Assembly (NCBI GenBank): GCA_040905965.1
Contig: JBBDQP010000058.1
Coordinates: 24,344 to 88,343, forward strand
DNA: 64,000 nucleotides
Origin: Acidimicrobiia bacterium
GTDB lineage: Bacteria; Actinomycetota; Acidimicrobiia; Spongiisociales; ZC4RG35
Direction of reading: 5' to 3'
Shown: positions 40,455-50,522 of the stretch, piece after piece
Position numbering within the stretch: position 1 is the first letter of the stretch
Layout: each line of letters begins with the position of its first letter
The notes under the pieces: generated by a model
The model's database searches: none
Seen by the model: the letters and a program-made list of their open reading frames with translations, nothing else
Told to the model about the DNA's origin: nothing
Translations under genes and position numbers: made by a program

Positions 40455-41513
40455 GTGCTGTACACGACTGACCCCGAAGCGATCCACGGACTCCTTCTTC
40501 CCGAGGAGCCCCCGTTTCGCGCCATTCAACTTCGAGAGTGGCTGTACGCACACCCCGTCATGACCACCGACGAGATGACGAATCTGCCCCTTTCCCTACG
40601 CGAGCAGCTGGCGGATCAGTTGTGGCCTTTCGTGGTGGACGTCGAACAGTCCGGTGACCAGGGACGGACGATCAAGTGGCTGTTCCGCGCGGCAGACGGC
40701 GTCGGGATAGAGGCGGTGTTGATGGGGTACACCGACCGGGTGACTCTGTGCCTCTCCAGCCAGGCGGGCTGCGCCCTCGCCTGCACCTTCTGTGCCACTG
40801 GGCAGTTCGGGTTCGAGAGGAATCTGGATGCGGGAGAGATCGTCGCCCAGGTTGCCTACGCCAAGGCCTTCGTCGCGTCACACGGCCTGCCCGGATCACC
40901 ATCGGATGTGACGAACATCGTCTTCATGGGAATGGGCGAGCCACTGGCGAATTTCGATCGCGTGCGAGAGGCGATACGGAGGATGATCGAGGTCATGAAC
41001 ATCGGCGCTCGGTCGATCACCGTCTCGACCGTTGGCGTCGTCCCCGGTATGCGACGGCTCGCGGCGGAGCCGTGGCAGGTCAATCTGGCGGTCAGCATCC
41101 ATGCCGCCGACGATGAACTCCGATCGCAACTCGTTCCCCTGAACCGGCGCTACCCCCTTGCCGAAGTGGAGGCGGCGGCCAGGGAGTACTACGAGCTCAA
41201 GGGCAGGCGGGTATCGCTGGAGTGGACGATGATCGAAGGGGTCAACGACACTGCCGATCAGGCTCACAAGCTGGCCGCTCTCGCTCGTCGTTTGCGAGCT
41301 CATGTGAATCTGATCGCCCTCAACGCGACTCCGCTGTCTCCGATGCGGCCATCGCACCCGGCGCGCATCGCCGAGTTCGCCGAACTCCTCGGAGCCGAAG
41401 GAGTCAACGTGACCGTTCGCAACACTCGCGGCGCTGACATCGACGGCGCATGTGGACAGCTCCGCGCGCTGGAAGCTCCCCGCCGCAACCGGCTCCACGT
41501 CTCACCTGCGTGA
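40455..41513 (+). CDS. rlmN: 23S rRNA/tRNA (adenine-C2)-methyltransferase RlmN (radical SAM)
   Basis: 'CALACTFCATGQ' CX3CX2C radical-SAM motif and RlmN-like N- and C-terminal regions. Confidence 0.85.
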   Translation: MLYTTDPEAIHGLLLPEEPPFRAIQLREWLYAHPVMTTDEMTNLPLSLREQLADQLWPFVVDVEQSGDQGRTIKWLFRAADGVGIEAVLMGYTDRVTLCLSSQAGCALACTFCATGQFGFERNLDAGEIVAQVAYAKAFVASHGLPGSPSDVTNIVFMGMGEPLANFDRVREAIRRMIEVMNIGARSITVSTVGVVPGMRRLAAEPWQVNLAVSIHAADDELRSQLVPLNRRYPLAEVEAAAREYYELKGRRVSLEWTMIEGVNDTADQAHKLAALARRLRAHVNLIALNATPLSPMRPSHPARIAEFAELLGAEGVNVTVRNTRGADIDGACGQLRALEAPRRNRLHVSPA

Positions 41514-41553
41514 TTGCGGGCGTTGTCGGCGAGAAACCTCATTGCCTCCGGCG

Positions 41554-42231
41554 TCAGGTAGGCCGATCTAACCCAAAGGTGTCCCTCGTGCGTGTGTAGT
41601 GGGGTCCGCCCATGCGGCCGATCAGATCGAGTCCCGCCTGGTCGACCCGGGTGCCGTCCAACAGGTCCTCGCGAACGTGAAACGCCACCACCTCGCCGAT
41701 GACGAGGACCGAGTTCATGGGGGGTCGCCCGATGGGCACGAGTTGGCTGACCCGGCATTCCAGATTGGCCCTCGCCTCGGCAACCATCGGTGCGCCCACC
41801 TTCGCACCGGTGACGGCGGTGAGGCCGGCGACCTCGAACTCGTCGACGTCGAACGGATACCGTCCGGATGTCAGATTCATTGCTTCTGCCAGGTCGGATG
41901 AGACGAAGCTCACGGTGAACTCGCCGGTCTCTTCCACATTGCGCAAGGTGTCCTTCGGCGCGCCCGACTGCATCAGCGGCGAAAAGAGCACGGTGGGCGG
42001 GGTGGCCGCCACGGCATTGAAGAACGAGAAGGGAGCCAGGTTCCGAACGCCGGCGGCGTCGATCGAGCCGATCCAGCCGATCGGGCGCGGCACGACGAGT
42101 CCGATGAGGAGTTTGTAGGCGTCGATCGGATCGACCGATGCCGGATCGATTGTGCGTTTGACACTCACGAGCGGTCGAGCGTACCGGGTACCCTCAGCCG
42201 CCGTGACTTCCCAGCCACTCCCGGAACACAT
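41554..42231 (-). CDS. flavin reductase family protein (NAD(P)H:flavin oxidoreductase domain)
   Basis: 'LLIGLVVPRPIGWIGS..G..NLAPFSFFN' flavin-reductase-like domain. Start uncertain (42231 or the Val at 42168). Confidence 0.7.
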   Translation of the reverse strand: MCSGSGWEVTAAEGTRYARPLVSVKRTIDPASVDPIDAYKLLIGLVVPRPIGWIGSIDAAGVRNLAPFSFFNAVAATPPTVLFSPLMQSGAPKDTLRNVEETGEFTVSFVSSDLAEAMNLTSGRYPFDVDEFEVAGLTAVTGAKVGAPMVAEARANLECRVSQLVPIGRPPMNSVLVIGEVVAFHVREDLLDGTRVDQAGLDLIGRMGGPHYTRTRDTFGLDRPT

Positions 42232-43273
42232 CGAGGTCCGACCGGACGAACGCTTCGATGTCGAACGTCTCGGCGGATACCTGCGCGACCGCCTTCCAGG
42301 CTCCGATCAGACGCTGACAGTTCGCCAGTTCTCCCGGGGCAAGGCCAATCTCACGTATCTGCTCCGATACGGCGAAGACCCCGACGCCGTCGAGTACGTG
42401 CTCCGGCGGCCACCGCTTGGACCGGTCGCACCCGGATCCCACGACATGGCTCGCGAGTACCGGGTGCTGTCGACCCTGTGGCGGGCGTTCCCGAAAGCCG
42501 CGCGGGCGTTCCTGTACTGCGAGGACGAGACCGTGATCGGCGCGCCATTCTTCGTGATGGAGCGCCTGCACGGCGTCGTCGTCCAGGGTGTCGTCCCGCC
42601 CGAATTCGGCGGGGGTGAGGATCCGGCTGCCAACCGAGCGCTGTCCGAAGTGGTCGTCGACACGTTGGCCGAGTTCCACGCCGTCGACCCGGAGGCTGCC
42701 AGGCTAGGAGACATGGGACATCCGGAGGGGTTCATGGCCCGCCAGGTGACGGGATGGACCGAACGGTGGGAGAAGGCGAAACACGAGGACAATCCGCTGG
42801 CGACAGAACTCGCCCACTGGCTGTCAGACAACATGCCGCCTCCGGGGCCGACGACCCTCCTCCACAACGACTGGCGGCTCGACAACCTCGCCGTCTCCCA
42901 CGACGATCCTGGGACATGCGTGGCGGTCTACGACTGGGACATGTGCACGAGAGGCGACGCCTTCGCCGACCTGGGAACACTCATGTCGGTGTGGTACGAC
43001 CCGGGCGAGGCGCCGTCGGAGTTGAACACGATGCCCACCTTCACACCCGGGTGGATCCCCCGATCGGAAGCAATCGAGCGATACGGACGGCAGTCCGGCT
43101 CCGACCTCACCCACATCGAGTGGTACGTGGTCTTCGGAACCTTCAAACTGGCGGTCGTGCTCCAGCAGATCTACATCCGTTGGCTGCGGGGCCAGACAGC
43201 CGACCACCGGTTCGAGGCGATGGGCGCGGGCGCCAGTCAACTCCTGGAACTTGCGGCGGCTCGGCGACCATGA
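42152..43273 (+). CDS. phosphotransferase family protein (APH/ChoK-like kinase fold)
   Basis: Brenner motif 'LHNDWRLDNL' and 'DWD'. The start is uncertain (GTG at 42152 or 42203), because the gene is divergent from and overlaps the flavin reductase 5' end. Confidence 0.65.
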   Translation: MRLTLTSGRAYRVPSAAVTSQPLPEHIEVRPDERFDVERLGGYLRDRLPGSDQTLTVRQFSRGKANLTYLLRYGEDPDAVEYVLRRPPLGPVAPGSHDMAREYRVLSTLWRAFPKAARAFLYCEDETVIGAPFFVMERLHGVVVQGVVPPEFGGGEDPAANRALSEVVVDTLAEFHAVDPEAARLGDMGHPEGFMARQVTGWTERWEKAKHEDNPLATELAHWLSDNMPPPGPTTLLHNDWRLDNLAVSHDDPGTCVAVYDWDMCTRGDAFADLGTLMSVWYDPGEAPSELNTMPTFTPGWIPRSEAIERYGRQSGSDLTHIEWYVVFGTFKLAVVLQQIYIRWLRGQTADHRFEAMGAGASQLLELAAARRP

Positions 43274-43286
43274 AGGCGGGGAGCCG

Positions 43287-43628
43287 GTGAGCCTCGACGG
43301 CGAACGTTTCGTGAATGTCGAAACACGACGGCGTAACGGCGACCGGGTGTCGACGCCCGTGTGGTTCGCCGAGGTCGACGACGGCTTCGTCTTCGGCACC
43401 CACAGCGACTCAGGCAAGATCAAGCGGCTGAGAACGAATCCGACCGTTCGTTTTGCGGCAGCCAACTACCGCGGTTTGGAACGCCAGGAGTACGTGGAGG
43501 GGACGGCCACGGTGCTGACAGGATCCGACGCCGCGGCAGCTGAAGCAGCTCTTGCCACCAAGTACGACTGGCAGTGGTTTCCGTTCTCCCGGCTGATCGA
43601 CTGCTACGTCATCGTCCAGCCGAAGTAG
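43287..43628 (+). CDS. PPOX-class F420-dependent enzyme (pyridoxamine 5'-phosphate oxidase-like split barrel)
   Basis: 'TRRRNGDRVSTPVWF' motif, about 113 aa. GTG at 43287 after AAGGCGGGGA. Confidence 0.65.
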   Translation: MSLDGERFVNVETRRRNGDRVSTPVWFAEVDDGFVFGTHSDSGKIKRLRTNPTVRFAAANYRGLERQEYVEGTATVLTGSDAAAAEAALATKYDWQWFPFSRLIDCYVIVQPK

Positions 43629-43632
43629 CGGT

Positions 43633-43782
43633 TCAGCGCCACCGATCGAGGATGCGGGCGGCGATTATCCCTGCTCCCATCGAGAGCAGCGCAACGGTGG
43701 GAACGAGGAACTCGAGGCGAATACCCAACCCGATCACGAGATCAGTGACGGGCCCTGCAACGATCTCGGCGGGACGGAACAT
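43633..43782 (-). CDS. candidate small membrane protein (49 aa, two hydrophobic segments)
   Basis: ORF with a hydrophobic core (…IVAGPVTDLVIGLGIRLEFLVPTVALLSMGAGIIAARIL…). Weak RBS, unsupported otherwise. Confidence 0.25.
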   Translation of the reverse strand: MFRPAEIVAGPVTDLVIGLGIRLEFLVPTVALLSMGAGIIAARILDRWR

Positions 43783-43876
43783 GACCCAATCATCCCCGCC
43801 CGACGGGTGCGGTGTCAATGCGAGGGGGTTCCGCGGTCGGGTACACGCGCACAGCATGCCTATTCTCCGCGCACAC

Positions 43877-44368
43877 ATGCCATCTGTACGCGCCATGGCG
43901 CCGACCGACTGGCCGGCGATCTACCGCATCTACGAAGACGGGATCGCCACCGGCACAGCCACCCTCGACACGATCGCCCCGTCGTGGATCGCGTGGGACG
44001 CCGCCCATCTCGACCGATGCAGGGTGGTGGCGGAGGAGGACGGCGAAGTCGTCGCCTGGGCCGCCCTGACCCCGGTCACGGGCCGATGTGCCTACGGAGG
44101 AGTGGCAGAGCTCTCCATCTACGTGGCGGAGGACGCCCGGGGCAAGAAGCTGGGCCAGCAGCTCCTCGAGGCACTGGTGGCGAAGTCCGAAGCCGAAGGA
44201 TTCTGGACCCTGCAGGCCCAGATCTTCGAAGAGAACCAGGTGAGCGTCCACATTCACGAGGCTGCCGGATTCCGGATCGTGGGAGTGCGCGAGCGGATTG
44301 GCCAGGTCAACGACCGATGGCACGATGTCGTCCTGATGGAGCGGCGGTCTCAGGTGGTCGGAGTCTGA
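43877..44368 (+). CDS. GNAT family N-acetyltransferase (phosphinothricin acetyltransferase-like)
   Basis: 'WPAIYRIYEDGIATGTAT' opening and 'VAEDARGKKLGQQLLEAL' acetyl-CoA-binding motif. Confidence 0.7.
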   Translation: MPSVRAMAPTDWPAIYRIYEDGIATGTATLDTIAPSWIAWDAAHLDRCRVVAEEDGEVVAWAALTPVTGRCAYGGVAELSIYVAEDARGKKLGQQLLEALVAKSEAEGFWTLQAQIFEENQVSVHIHEAAGFRIVGVRERIGQVNDRWHDVVLMERRSQVVGV

Positions 44369-44892
44369 ACGTCGAGGACCAGTCGTCGGGACCAGTCGAT
44401 GGTGTAGATCACGCCGTGATCGGGGAACGAGGCTGACTCCCCGCACAGTCGCAACGCCGCCCGGATGACTCCCCCGTGAGTCACGATCAGGTGTGATGCA
44501 GTGCCACACGCGTCGAGGAACCCCACCACCCGGGAAGTGAATTCTTCCGTCGATTCCCCACCCGGAGCCTTGAACCCCTCGAACGCGGCGAGACCCTCGC
44601 GCACATCCGGATCGAGTTCCGCCCAAGTGAGACCCTCGAGTTCGCCGAAGTCGAATTCGCGGAGAGTTGCGTCAGGCGTCGCCTCCCACCCAGCCAGCCG
44701 CGCCGTCATCGAAGCCCGCCCGAGATCGGAGGTCCATATCCGGTCGTACTTCGAGATGTCGACACCGGCGCCCAGCGAACGCGCCTGGGTCTCGCCGACC
44801 GCATCGAGTGGTACGTCGGTCCAGCCGAGCAATTTCCGTTCGGCGTTCCACGCGGTCTGACCGTGTCGAACGAGGGAGACGCGAACCGTCAC
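44350..44892 (-). CDS. cobC: histidine phosphatase; putative alpha-ribazole phosphatase
   Basis: 'LVRHGQTAWN' motif. Last gene of the cob operon. GTG at 44892 overlaps the cobS stop (GTGA). Confidence 0.65.
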   Translation of the reverse strand: MTVRVSLVRHGQTAWNAERKLLGWTDVPLDAVGETQARSLGAGVDISKYDRIWTSDLGRASMTARLAGWEATPDATLREFDFGELEGLTWAELDPDVREGLAAFEGFKAPGGESTEEFTSRVVGFLDACGTASHLIVTHGGVIRAALRLCGESASFPDHGVIYTIDWSRRLVLDVQTPTT

Positions 44893-45620
44893 GCGGCCAG
44901 CGCTACCAGTACGCCCACCAACCCGACCTGCTGGCACGCGCCGAGGACATCCCCGGTGACTCCTCCGATCCTGCGGTGTGCCCAACGCCAAACGACGAAC
45001 GATCCGACCGTCGCCAACGCCACCGCGAGCAACGCCCGTTCGCCGGCAATGAGCCATCCCGCAGTCGCCACGGCCACAGCCAGCACCAGCGCCGGACCAC
45101 GGCGGAGTTCCGAGAGATAGGCAACACCCGAACCGTCGGCGGCTGCGGGAGTGGCGACGCACATCACGCCGATCACCACGGATCGAGAAACGCCGTGAGC
45201 CCACGCCAGATCCCCGACCGTCGCCGCCGTGCCCGGGAGTCTTGCCACGAGGACGACCCTCGCGAGGAGCACCAGCACGAGAGCGCTTGCTCCGAAGGTG
45301 CCGAGACGCGAGTCCTTCATGATCTCGAGCTGCCGTTCACGTGACCGGATGGACGAGAGACCGTCGAAGGTGTCTGCCAAACCGTCCTCGTGAAACGCAC
45401 CGGTGATCGCCACGGCGAGTGCCACCGCCAACACGGCGGCGACCTGGCTCCCGAGCGGTCCGGATACGGCCCAGTAGGCGAGACCGGACGGTACGCCGAT
45501 CCCGAGCCCGACGATCGGAAACCACTTCACCGAGGGGGCGACGTCGGCTGTCCCGATCGACACAGGGATCCGCGTCAGGAATCCCACCGCCCCGAGGAAC
45601 CCGTTCACATCAGACCCCAC
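44889..45620 (-). CDS. cobS: adenosylcobinamide-GDP ribazoletransferase (cobalamin synthase)
   Basis: Polytopic membrane protein with a 'FLTRIP' N-terminus, characteristic of CobS. Confidence 0.8.
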   Translation of the reverse strand: MGSDVNGFLGAVGFLTRIPVSIGTADVAPSVKWFPIVGLGIGVPSGLAYWAVSGPLGSQVAAVLAVALAVAITGAFHEDGLADTFDGLSSIRSRERQLEIMKDSRLGTFGASALVLVLLARVVLVARLPGTAATVGDLAWAHGVSRSVVIGVMCVATPAAADGSGVAYLSELRRGPALVLAVAVATAGWLIAGERALLAVALATVGSFVVWRWAHRRIGGVTGDVLGACQQVGLVGVLVALAA

Positions 45621-46594
45621 TCGTCAAAGGTGGCGACGTCGACGACGGCTGCCGCCGCCAGACGCACGATCGGGAGAGCCACGAGCGCGCCCGAGCCCTC
45701 GCCGAGCCTCATCTTCAAGTCCACGAGCGGCTCGAGGCCGAGCCTGTCCAACAGCAGACCATGCCCCGGTTCGGGAGAGATGTGAGAGGCGAGGCAGTGG
45801 TCGAGAGCACCATCAACGGCGAAAGCCAAGGCTGCGGCGGCGACGGTGGTCACGTACCCGTCGAGCATCACGGGGATCGACCTCATGCGCGCTTCGGCGA
45901 TCGCGCCTACCAACACTGCGTGTTCGGATCCGCCGAGGCGCCGGAGCACCTCCATCGGGCTGTCCGATCCGACCCTCGCCACCGCATTCCGCACCGCCTC
46001 ACGTTTGGCGGTCATACCGTCAGCGTCCAGGCCCGCACCGGTTCCGACGAACGCATCGGAGTCGCCGCCGCACAGGGCCGCTGCGACGGCAGCGGCGGCC
46101 GTCGTGTTCCCGATACCCATCTCACCGACGAGCAACAGGTCCGTGTCGAGTTCGGCGACGGTGCGCCGCCCCAACGCGATGAGATGTTCGAACCGTTCGG
46201 TGGAAAGAGCGTCGTCGGTGACGATGTCCGCGGTCGGAAATCCGACGCCAGCGTCCACCAGTCGGAGCGCAACATCCAGTCGGGCGGCCATCACCGCCGA
46301 CGTGGCAACGCCCGCCTTGATGGCATCGACCATGGCACGGGTGACCTCGGACGGATACGCCGTCACGCCGCGATCGACAACACCGTGATCCCCCGCCGCA
46401 AGGATCAACGTGGGCCTTGAAACCTCGGGGACATCGGTGCGCTGCCAAGCCGCCAGCCATGCCGCCACGGCGTCGAGACGGGCGAGGGCTCCCGGCGGCC
46501 GGAGGACGCGGGCGGCCCGTTGGATCACCGCCTGCCGGTGCAGTTCGTCGGGACGCGGCGCAGATGTCAGGTCTGCCAGCAGCCCTTCGATCAC
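45605..46594 (-). CDS. cobT: nicotinate-nucleotide--dimethylbenzimidazole phosphoribosyltransferase
   Basis: 'GEMGIGNTT' motif. Start taken at the GTG at 46594 overlapping the cobU stop. The upstream 113 codons of the ORF frame are Arg-rich shadow. Confidence 0.8.
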   Translation of the reverse strand: MIEGLLADLTSAPRPDELHRQAVIQRAARVLRPPGALARLDAVAAWLAAWQRTDVPEVSRPTLILAAGDHGVVDRGVTAYPSEVTRAMVDAIKAGVATSAVMAARLDVALRLVDAGVGFPTADIVTDDALSTERFEHLIALGRRTVAELDTDLLLVGEMGIGNTTAAAAVAAALCGGDSDAFVGTGAGLDADGMTAKREAVRNAVARVGSDSPMEVLRRLGGSEHAVLVGAIAEARMRSIPVMLDGYVTTVAAAALAFAVDGALDHCLASHISPEPGHGLLLDRLGLEPLVDLKMRLGEGSGALVALPIVRLAAAAVVDVATFDEWGLM

Positions 46595-47109
46595 CACGGC
46601 GACGGTTCCAGTGGGAGGAACCGGCCTGCCACCACCAGGTACGACTCGGCGGCTCCGGCTGCGAGCCGCCCGTTGACGACTCCGAGCAGGTCCCGATAGC
46701 GCCGGGTCATCGGATCGGCGGGCACGATGCCATCTCCGACCTCGTTGGACACGACCACTGCCTGGCCGTCGCGAGTCGACAGCAAACTCGACAGCTCCTC
46801 GACGTGTTCCAAGATTGCCGAGTCCGACCATCCGAGAACATTGGCGAGCCACAGTGTCATGCAGTCGATCAGCACGAAGCAGTCCTCGGACACCTGTCCC
46901 ACAGCCTCTGTCAGACGGATCGGCTCCTCGATCGTCATCCACCCCGTGGGTCTCGAACGCCTGTGGTGTTCGATCCTGGCAGCCATCTCCGCGTCACCAG
47001 CTTCGGCGGTGGCGATCACTGTCACCGGAGCTCTCGAGGCTGCAGCGCGGCGCTCGGCCGCACTCGACTTGCCGCTCCTCGCCCCGCCGGTGAGAAACGC
47101 ATAGGCCAT
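46591..47109 (-). CDS. cobU: bifunctional adenosylcobinamide kinase/adenosylcobinamide-phosphate guanylyltransferase
   Basis: P-loop 'GGARSGKS'. About 172 aa. The ATG overlaps the cobO stop. Confidence 0.8.
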   Translation of the reverse strand: MAYAFLTGGARSGKSSAAERRAAASRAPVTVIATAEAGDAEMAARIEHHRRSRPTGWMTIEEPIRLTEAVGQVSEDCFVLIDCMTLWLANVLGWSDSAILEHVEELSSLLSTRDGQAVVVSNEVGDGIVPADPMTRRYRDLLGVVNGRLAAGAAESYLVVAGRFLPLEPSPW

Positions 47110-47681
47110 CAGAAGTCGATGCCGCGCCGTGACATCACGCCCGTGTCGTAGGGGTGCTTCACCTTGACCATCTCGGTCACGGTGTCTGCGATCTCGACGA
47201 GTATTTCAGAGGCGTCGCGACCGGTCGCCACGATGTTGACCGAAGGTGGACGAGTCCGGATCGTCTCTGTGACTTCGGCCGGGTCGATCCAACCCCAGTT
47301 CATCGGATAGGTCACCTCGTCGAGGATGACCATGTCGTAGTTCCCCGAGCGAATGGTCTCAGCCGCAAACGCCCAGGCCTGACGGGCGACCGCCTCGGAC
47401 TCGGAGAGTTGCTCGGAGTCCCAGGTGAATCCATCGCCCAACGCCCACCAGTCAACCCCGAGTTGCCGCCCCACGGCCTCTTCCCCGACCTTCCAGTCTC
47501 CGGACTTGAGGAACTGGATCACGGCGACCTTCCAGCCGCGTGCGACAGCCCGGATCATGATGCCGAACGCCGCGGTGCTCTTCCCTTTGCCGTCGCCCGT
47601 GTTCACGATGACGAGAGACGGCTTGCGCACATTGGCCTTGGCGGGCGGGTCGACCGGCGGCGTTGCGGGCGTGTCGGTCAC
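47109..47681 (-). CDS. cobO: cob(I)yrinic acid a,c-diamide adenosyltransferase (CobA/CobO/BtuR)
   Basis: 'NTGDGKGKSTAAFG' P-loop and 'MVILDEVTYPMNWGWI'. GTG at 47681 overlaps the upstream ATPase stop (GTGA). The upstream 84 codons are Arg-rich shadow. Confidence 0.8.
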   Translation of the reverse strand: MTDTPATPPVDPPAKANVRKPSLVIVNTGDGKGKSTAAFGIMIRAVARGWKVAVIQFLKSGDWKVGEEAVGRQLGVDWWALGDGFTWDSEQLSESEAVARQAWAFAAETIRSGNYDMVILDEVTYPMNWGWIDPAEVTETIRTRPPSVNIVATGRDASEILVEIADTVTEMVKVKHPYDTGVMSRRGIDF

Positions 47682-48493
47682 GGTCCCACCATCTCCGGCC
47701 GGGCCTCCGTCTCGGGACGAGCCGTCCGGCTCGGAATGACCACCACCCTGCCGTCCCCATCGTCGAGCACACGAACGGTCGCGCCGTAGTGGGCGCGAAT
47801 GGTCGACTCCGTGAGAACGGTGACGGGTTTTCCCTCCGACACGACCCGGCCTCCTGACATCATCACCAGACGATCGCAGAACTGGGCGGCAAGCGTCAGA
47901 TCGTGGATGGCCGCCACGACCGTCAGGCCGCACGACCTCCGCATCTCGTCGACGAGGCCGAGCACTCGCTGGGCATGTCCGACGTCCAGAGCACTGGTCG
48001 GTTCGTCGAGGAGCAGCAGTCCCGAGCCCTGGGCGAGAGACCGCGCCAACACGACCCGCTGGAACTCTCCACCCGACAGTGAAGCCAGTTGGCGGTCGGC
48101 GAGATCCTCACACTCGAGCGAAGCGAGTCCGGCGCGAGCCGCCTCGATGTCACGCCGAGTCTCTGCTGCGAGCAAGCCGAGGTGCGGGGTTCGTCCGAGG
48201 AGCACATAGTCGGCCACGGTCATGCCGACAGGGGCGACCGGCCGCTGTGGTACGAGGGCGACGGCCTTTGCCCGGTCGCGCCTGGACATCGCTGCAGCGT
48301 CGCGTCCCTCGATACGAATCGCGCCCGAGAAGGGAACGATGCCGACGACCGCGTTCAGGACGGTGGTCTTGCCTGCGCCGTTGGGTCCGACGACCCCCAC
48401 GAAGTCACCCGGTTCCACCGCCAGATCGACTCCTTCGACGATGACGCTTCCGCCGAGGGTCACCGAAACTGCATTGAGAGAGAGCACGGTCAT
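47678..48493 (-). CDS. btuD: ABC transporter ATP-binding protein (FecE/BtuD-like)
   Basis: Walker A 'GPNGAGKTT' and signature 'LSGGEFQRV'. The ATG at 48493 overlaps the permease stop (ATGA). Confidence 0.8.
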   Translation of the reverse strand: MTVLSLNAVSVTLGGSVIVEGVDLAVEPGDFVGVVGPNGAGKTTVLNAVVGIVPFSGAIRIEGRDAAAMSRRDRAKAVALVPQRPVAPVGMTVADYVLLGRTPHLGLLAAETRRDIEAARAGLASLECEDLADRQLASLSGGEFQRVVLARSLAQGSGLLLLDEPTSALDVGHAQRVLGLVDEMRRSCGLTVVAAIHDLTLAAQFCDRLVMMSGGRVVSEGKPVTVLTESTIRAHYGATVRVLDDGDGRVVVIPSRTARPETEARPEMVGP

Positions 48494-49518
48494 AGCGCGG
48501 TCCTCTGGGAACGACGCAGCACCAAGAGGAAGAACGGTGCGCCGAGAAATGCAGTGACCACGCCGATTGGCAGTTCGGCCGGGCTCATCACTGTTCTCGC
48601 CCCGAGATCGGTGGCGACCATGAATGCGGCACCGAACAGCATCGAGAGCGGAACGACCACCCGGTAGCTGGCGCCGGCGACGAGACGCACCAAATGGGGC
48701 ACGATGATGCCGACGAAGCCGATGAGGCCGCTCACCGAGACGGCTGCGGACGTGGCGAGCGTTGCTGCCACTACCAACAGCAGTCGGATCCGGGCGACGG
48801 GGAGACCGAGCGTGCCCGCCTCGTCCTCGCCCACCGCCAGCACGTCGAGGTGCCGCCGGAAGACGAAGATCACCACTCCGCTGGCGACGGCGTAAGGAGC
48901 GAGCGAGGTCACGTCGCCCCATCCGTTGGTGGAGAGACGACCCAGGATCCAGACGTAGACCTCACGCAACGTGTCGGTGTTGCGCTGCTGCAGATAGGTC
49001 TGCAAGGCGGTGAAGAAGGCAGCGACAGCAACCCCCGCCAAGATGATCGAGGGACCGGTCCGACCCCCCGCCGCTCGTCCAAGCACGTAGGCAACCGCCA
49101 CCGCCACCATCGCACCTCCGAAGGCTCCCAGAGCGATGAACCCGCGCGCTCCGGTGGTGATCGCCACCGTCGCTCCGAGGCCGGCTCCCGCCGCTGCCCC
49201 GAGCAGGTACGGGTCGGCGAGCGGGTTCCGGAACACTCCCTGATAGGCCGCGCCCGACATTGCCAGGCAAGCCCCGACGAGTGCGCCCAGCACAACGCGC
49301 GGCAGCCGCCACGAAAAGAGGATGCTCTGATGGGCGTCGGAGATCTCCGGGGTTACCACGCCGGGGACCCAGTCGAAAAGGGCAGCGAGGGCGACGCCTG
49401 GCTCCAGTCCAGCCGGCCCGATAAGGACTCCGGCGAACAGAGCGACGACGAGCGCCAGCCCTCCGGTGAAGGCCAGTCGCGGCCGAACCCTGCTCGCCCT
49501 GAGCCCGGCCACTGTCAT
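48490..49518 (-). CDS. btuC: FecCD-family ABC permease (BtuC-like)
   Basis: Polytopic FecCD permease sequence. The ATG overlaps the SBP stop (ATGA). Confidence 0.8.
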   Translation of the reverse strand: MTVAGLRASRVRPRLAFTGGLALVVALFAGVLIGPAGLEPGVALAALFDWVPGVVTPEISDAHQSILFSWRLPRVVLGALVGACLAMSGAAYQGVFRNPLADPYLLGAAAGAGLGATVAITTGARGFIALGAFGGAMVAVAVAYVLGRAAGGRTGPSIILAGVAVAAFFTALQTYLQQRNTDTLREVYVWILGRLSTNGWGDVTSLAPYAVASGVVIFVFRRHLDVLAVGEDEAGTLGLPVARIRLLLVVAATLATSAAVSVSGLIGFVGIIVPHLVRLVAGASYRVVVPLSMLFGAAFMVATDLGARTVMSPAELPIGVVTAFLGAPFFLLVLRRSQRTAL

Positions 49519-50519
49519 CCATTGCCTCGACTACTGAGAGCGTCGGCCACGAGACGGAAGAACTCCACCAGTCGAGGTCCCCAACGAGACGCCAGGTCGT
49601 CGTCCAACTCATACAGCGACCCGGAGGACACCGCCGAGATCGACTCCCACCCTGGTCGGGCGGCGATCGTCTCCGGCGTGTCGCCACAGCAATTGGTGAA
49701 GAAAATCAGATCAGGATCGGCCTCGATGATGAACTCCACCGAGAGCACCGGATATCCGAAGCCGTCTGTGTCGGCGGGATCGGCGATGTTCTCCAGCCCG
49801 AACGCGCCGAAAACTTCGCCGATGAACGTGGACGACGTCACCGAGTAGAACGAACCGCCGCCGTCGCTTCCCAACTCGTGGTAGTAGGTGAGTGGCTCGG
49901 CCGGGATCTCCACCTCGGCAACAAGGCCCTCGATCTCTGCCTGCATCGTCGACGCCAAACTCTCGGCATCGTCGACGAAACCCGTGACCTCGCCAAGGGT
50001 CCGGATCTGTTGGTAGGCGTCCTCGATCACTGTGGCAGCAGGAAGAACCAGCGTCGGGATGCCGACTCCTTCGAGGGAGGCGACGATGCCGTCGATGTCC
50101 CCGCCGACGACGACCAGATCGGGCTCGTAGGCGACGATCGCCTCCAGATTCGGTGTGAACCCGGACAGATCGGTGACGGGAGCTTCCGCCGGGTAGTACG
50201 AGTACTCGTCGACTGCCACGACATTCGACCCTGCGCCGATGGCAAAGAGCATCTCGGTCGCTGTAGGAGAGAGCGAGACGATCGCCGTCGGAGGGGACTC
50301 CACAGTCGTCGTCACTCCTCCCGACTCGACAGTGACCGGATACCCGGACTGCACCGTGGTCGTGGTGGCGGCCGAAGTGGTGGTCGTCTCGGCCACCGTC
50401 GTCGCCGTCACCGCCTCCGTGGTAGTGGTCTCTTCCGAGACGGATTCACTGCTGCACGCGCCGAGAACCAGCGCAATCGACACAAGCAACGCCGCTAACG
50501 GCTTGCGATTCCTGAACAT
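49515..50519 (-). CDS. btuF: ABC transporter periplasmic-binding lipoprotein (class III, cobalamin/siderophore; BtuF-like)
   Basis: Lipobox 'LVLGAC'. AGGAGG RBS. First gene downstream of the cobalamin riboswitch. Confidence 0.75.
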   Translation of the reverse strand: MFRNRKPLAALLVSIALVLGACSSESVSEETTTTEAVTATTVAETTTTSAATTTTVQSGYPVTVESGGVTTTVESPPTAIVSLSPTATEMLFAIGAGSNVVAVDEYSYYPAEAPVTDLSGFTPNLEAIVAYEPDLVVVGGDIDGIVASLEGVGIPTLVLPAATVIEDAYQQIRTLGEVTGFVDDAESLASTMQAEIEGLVAEVEIPAEPLTYYHELGSDGGGSFYSVTSSTFIGEVFGAFGLENIADPADTDGFGYPVLSVEFIIEADPDLIFFTNCCGDTPETIAARPGWESISAVSSGSLYELDDDLASRWGPRLVEFFRLVADALSSRGNG

Positions 50520-50522
50520 CCC

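Noticed and set aside
41514-41553. Intrinsic terminator between convergent rlmN and the flavin reductase gene
   Set aside because: No convincing GC-rich stem followed by a T-tract. High-GC actinobacteria often lack canonical terminators.
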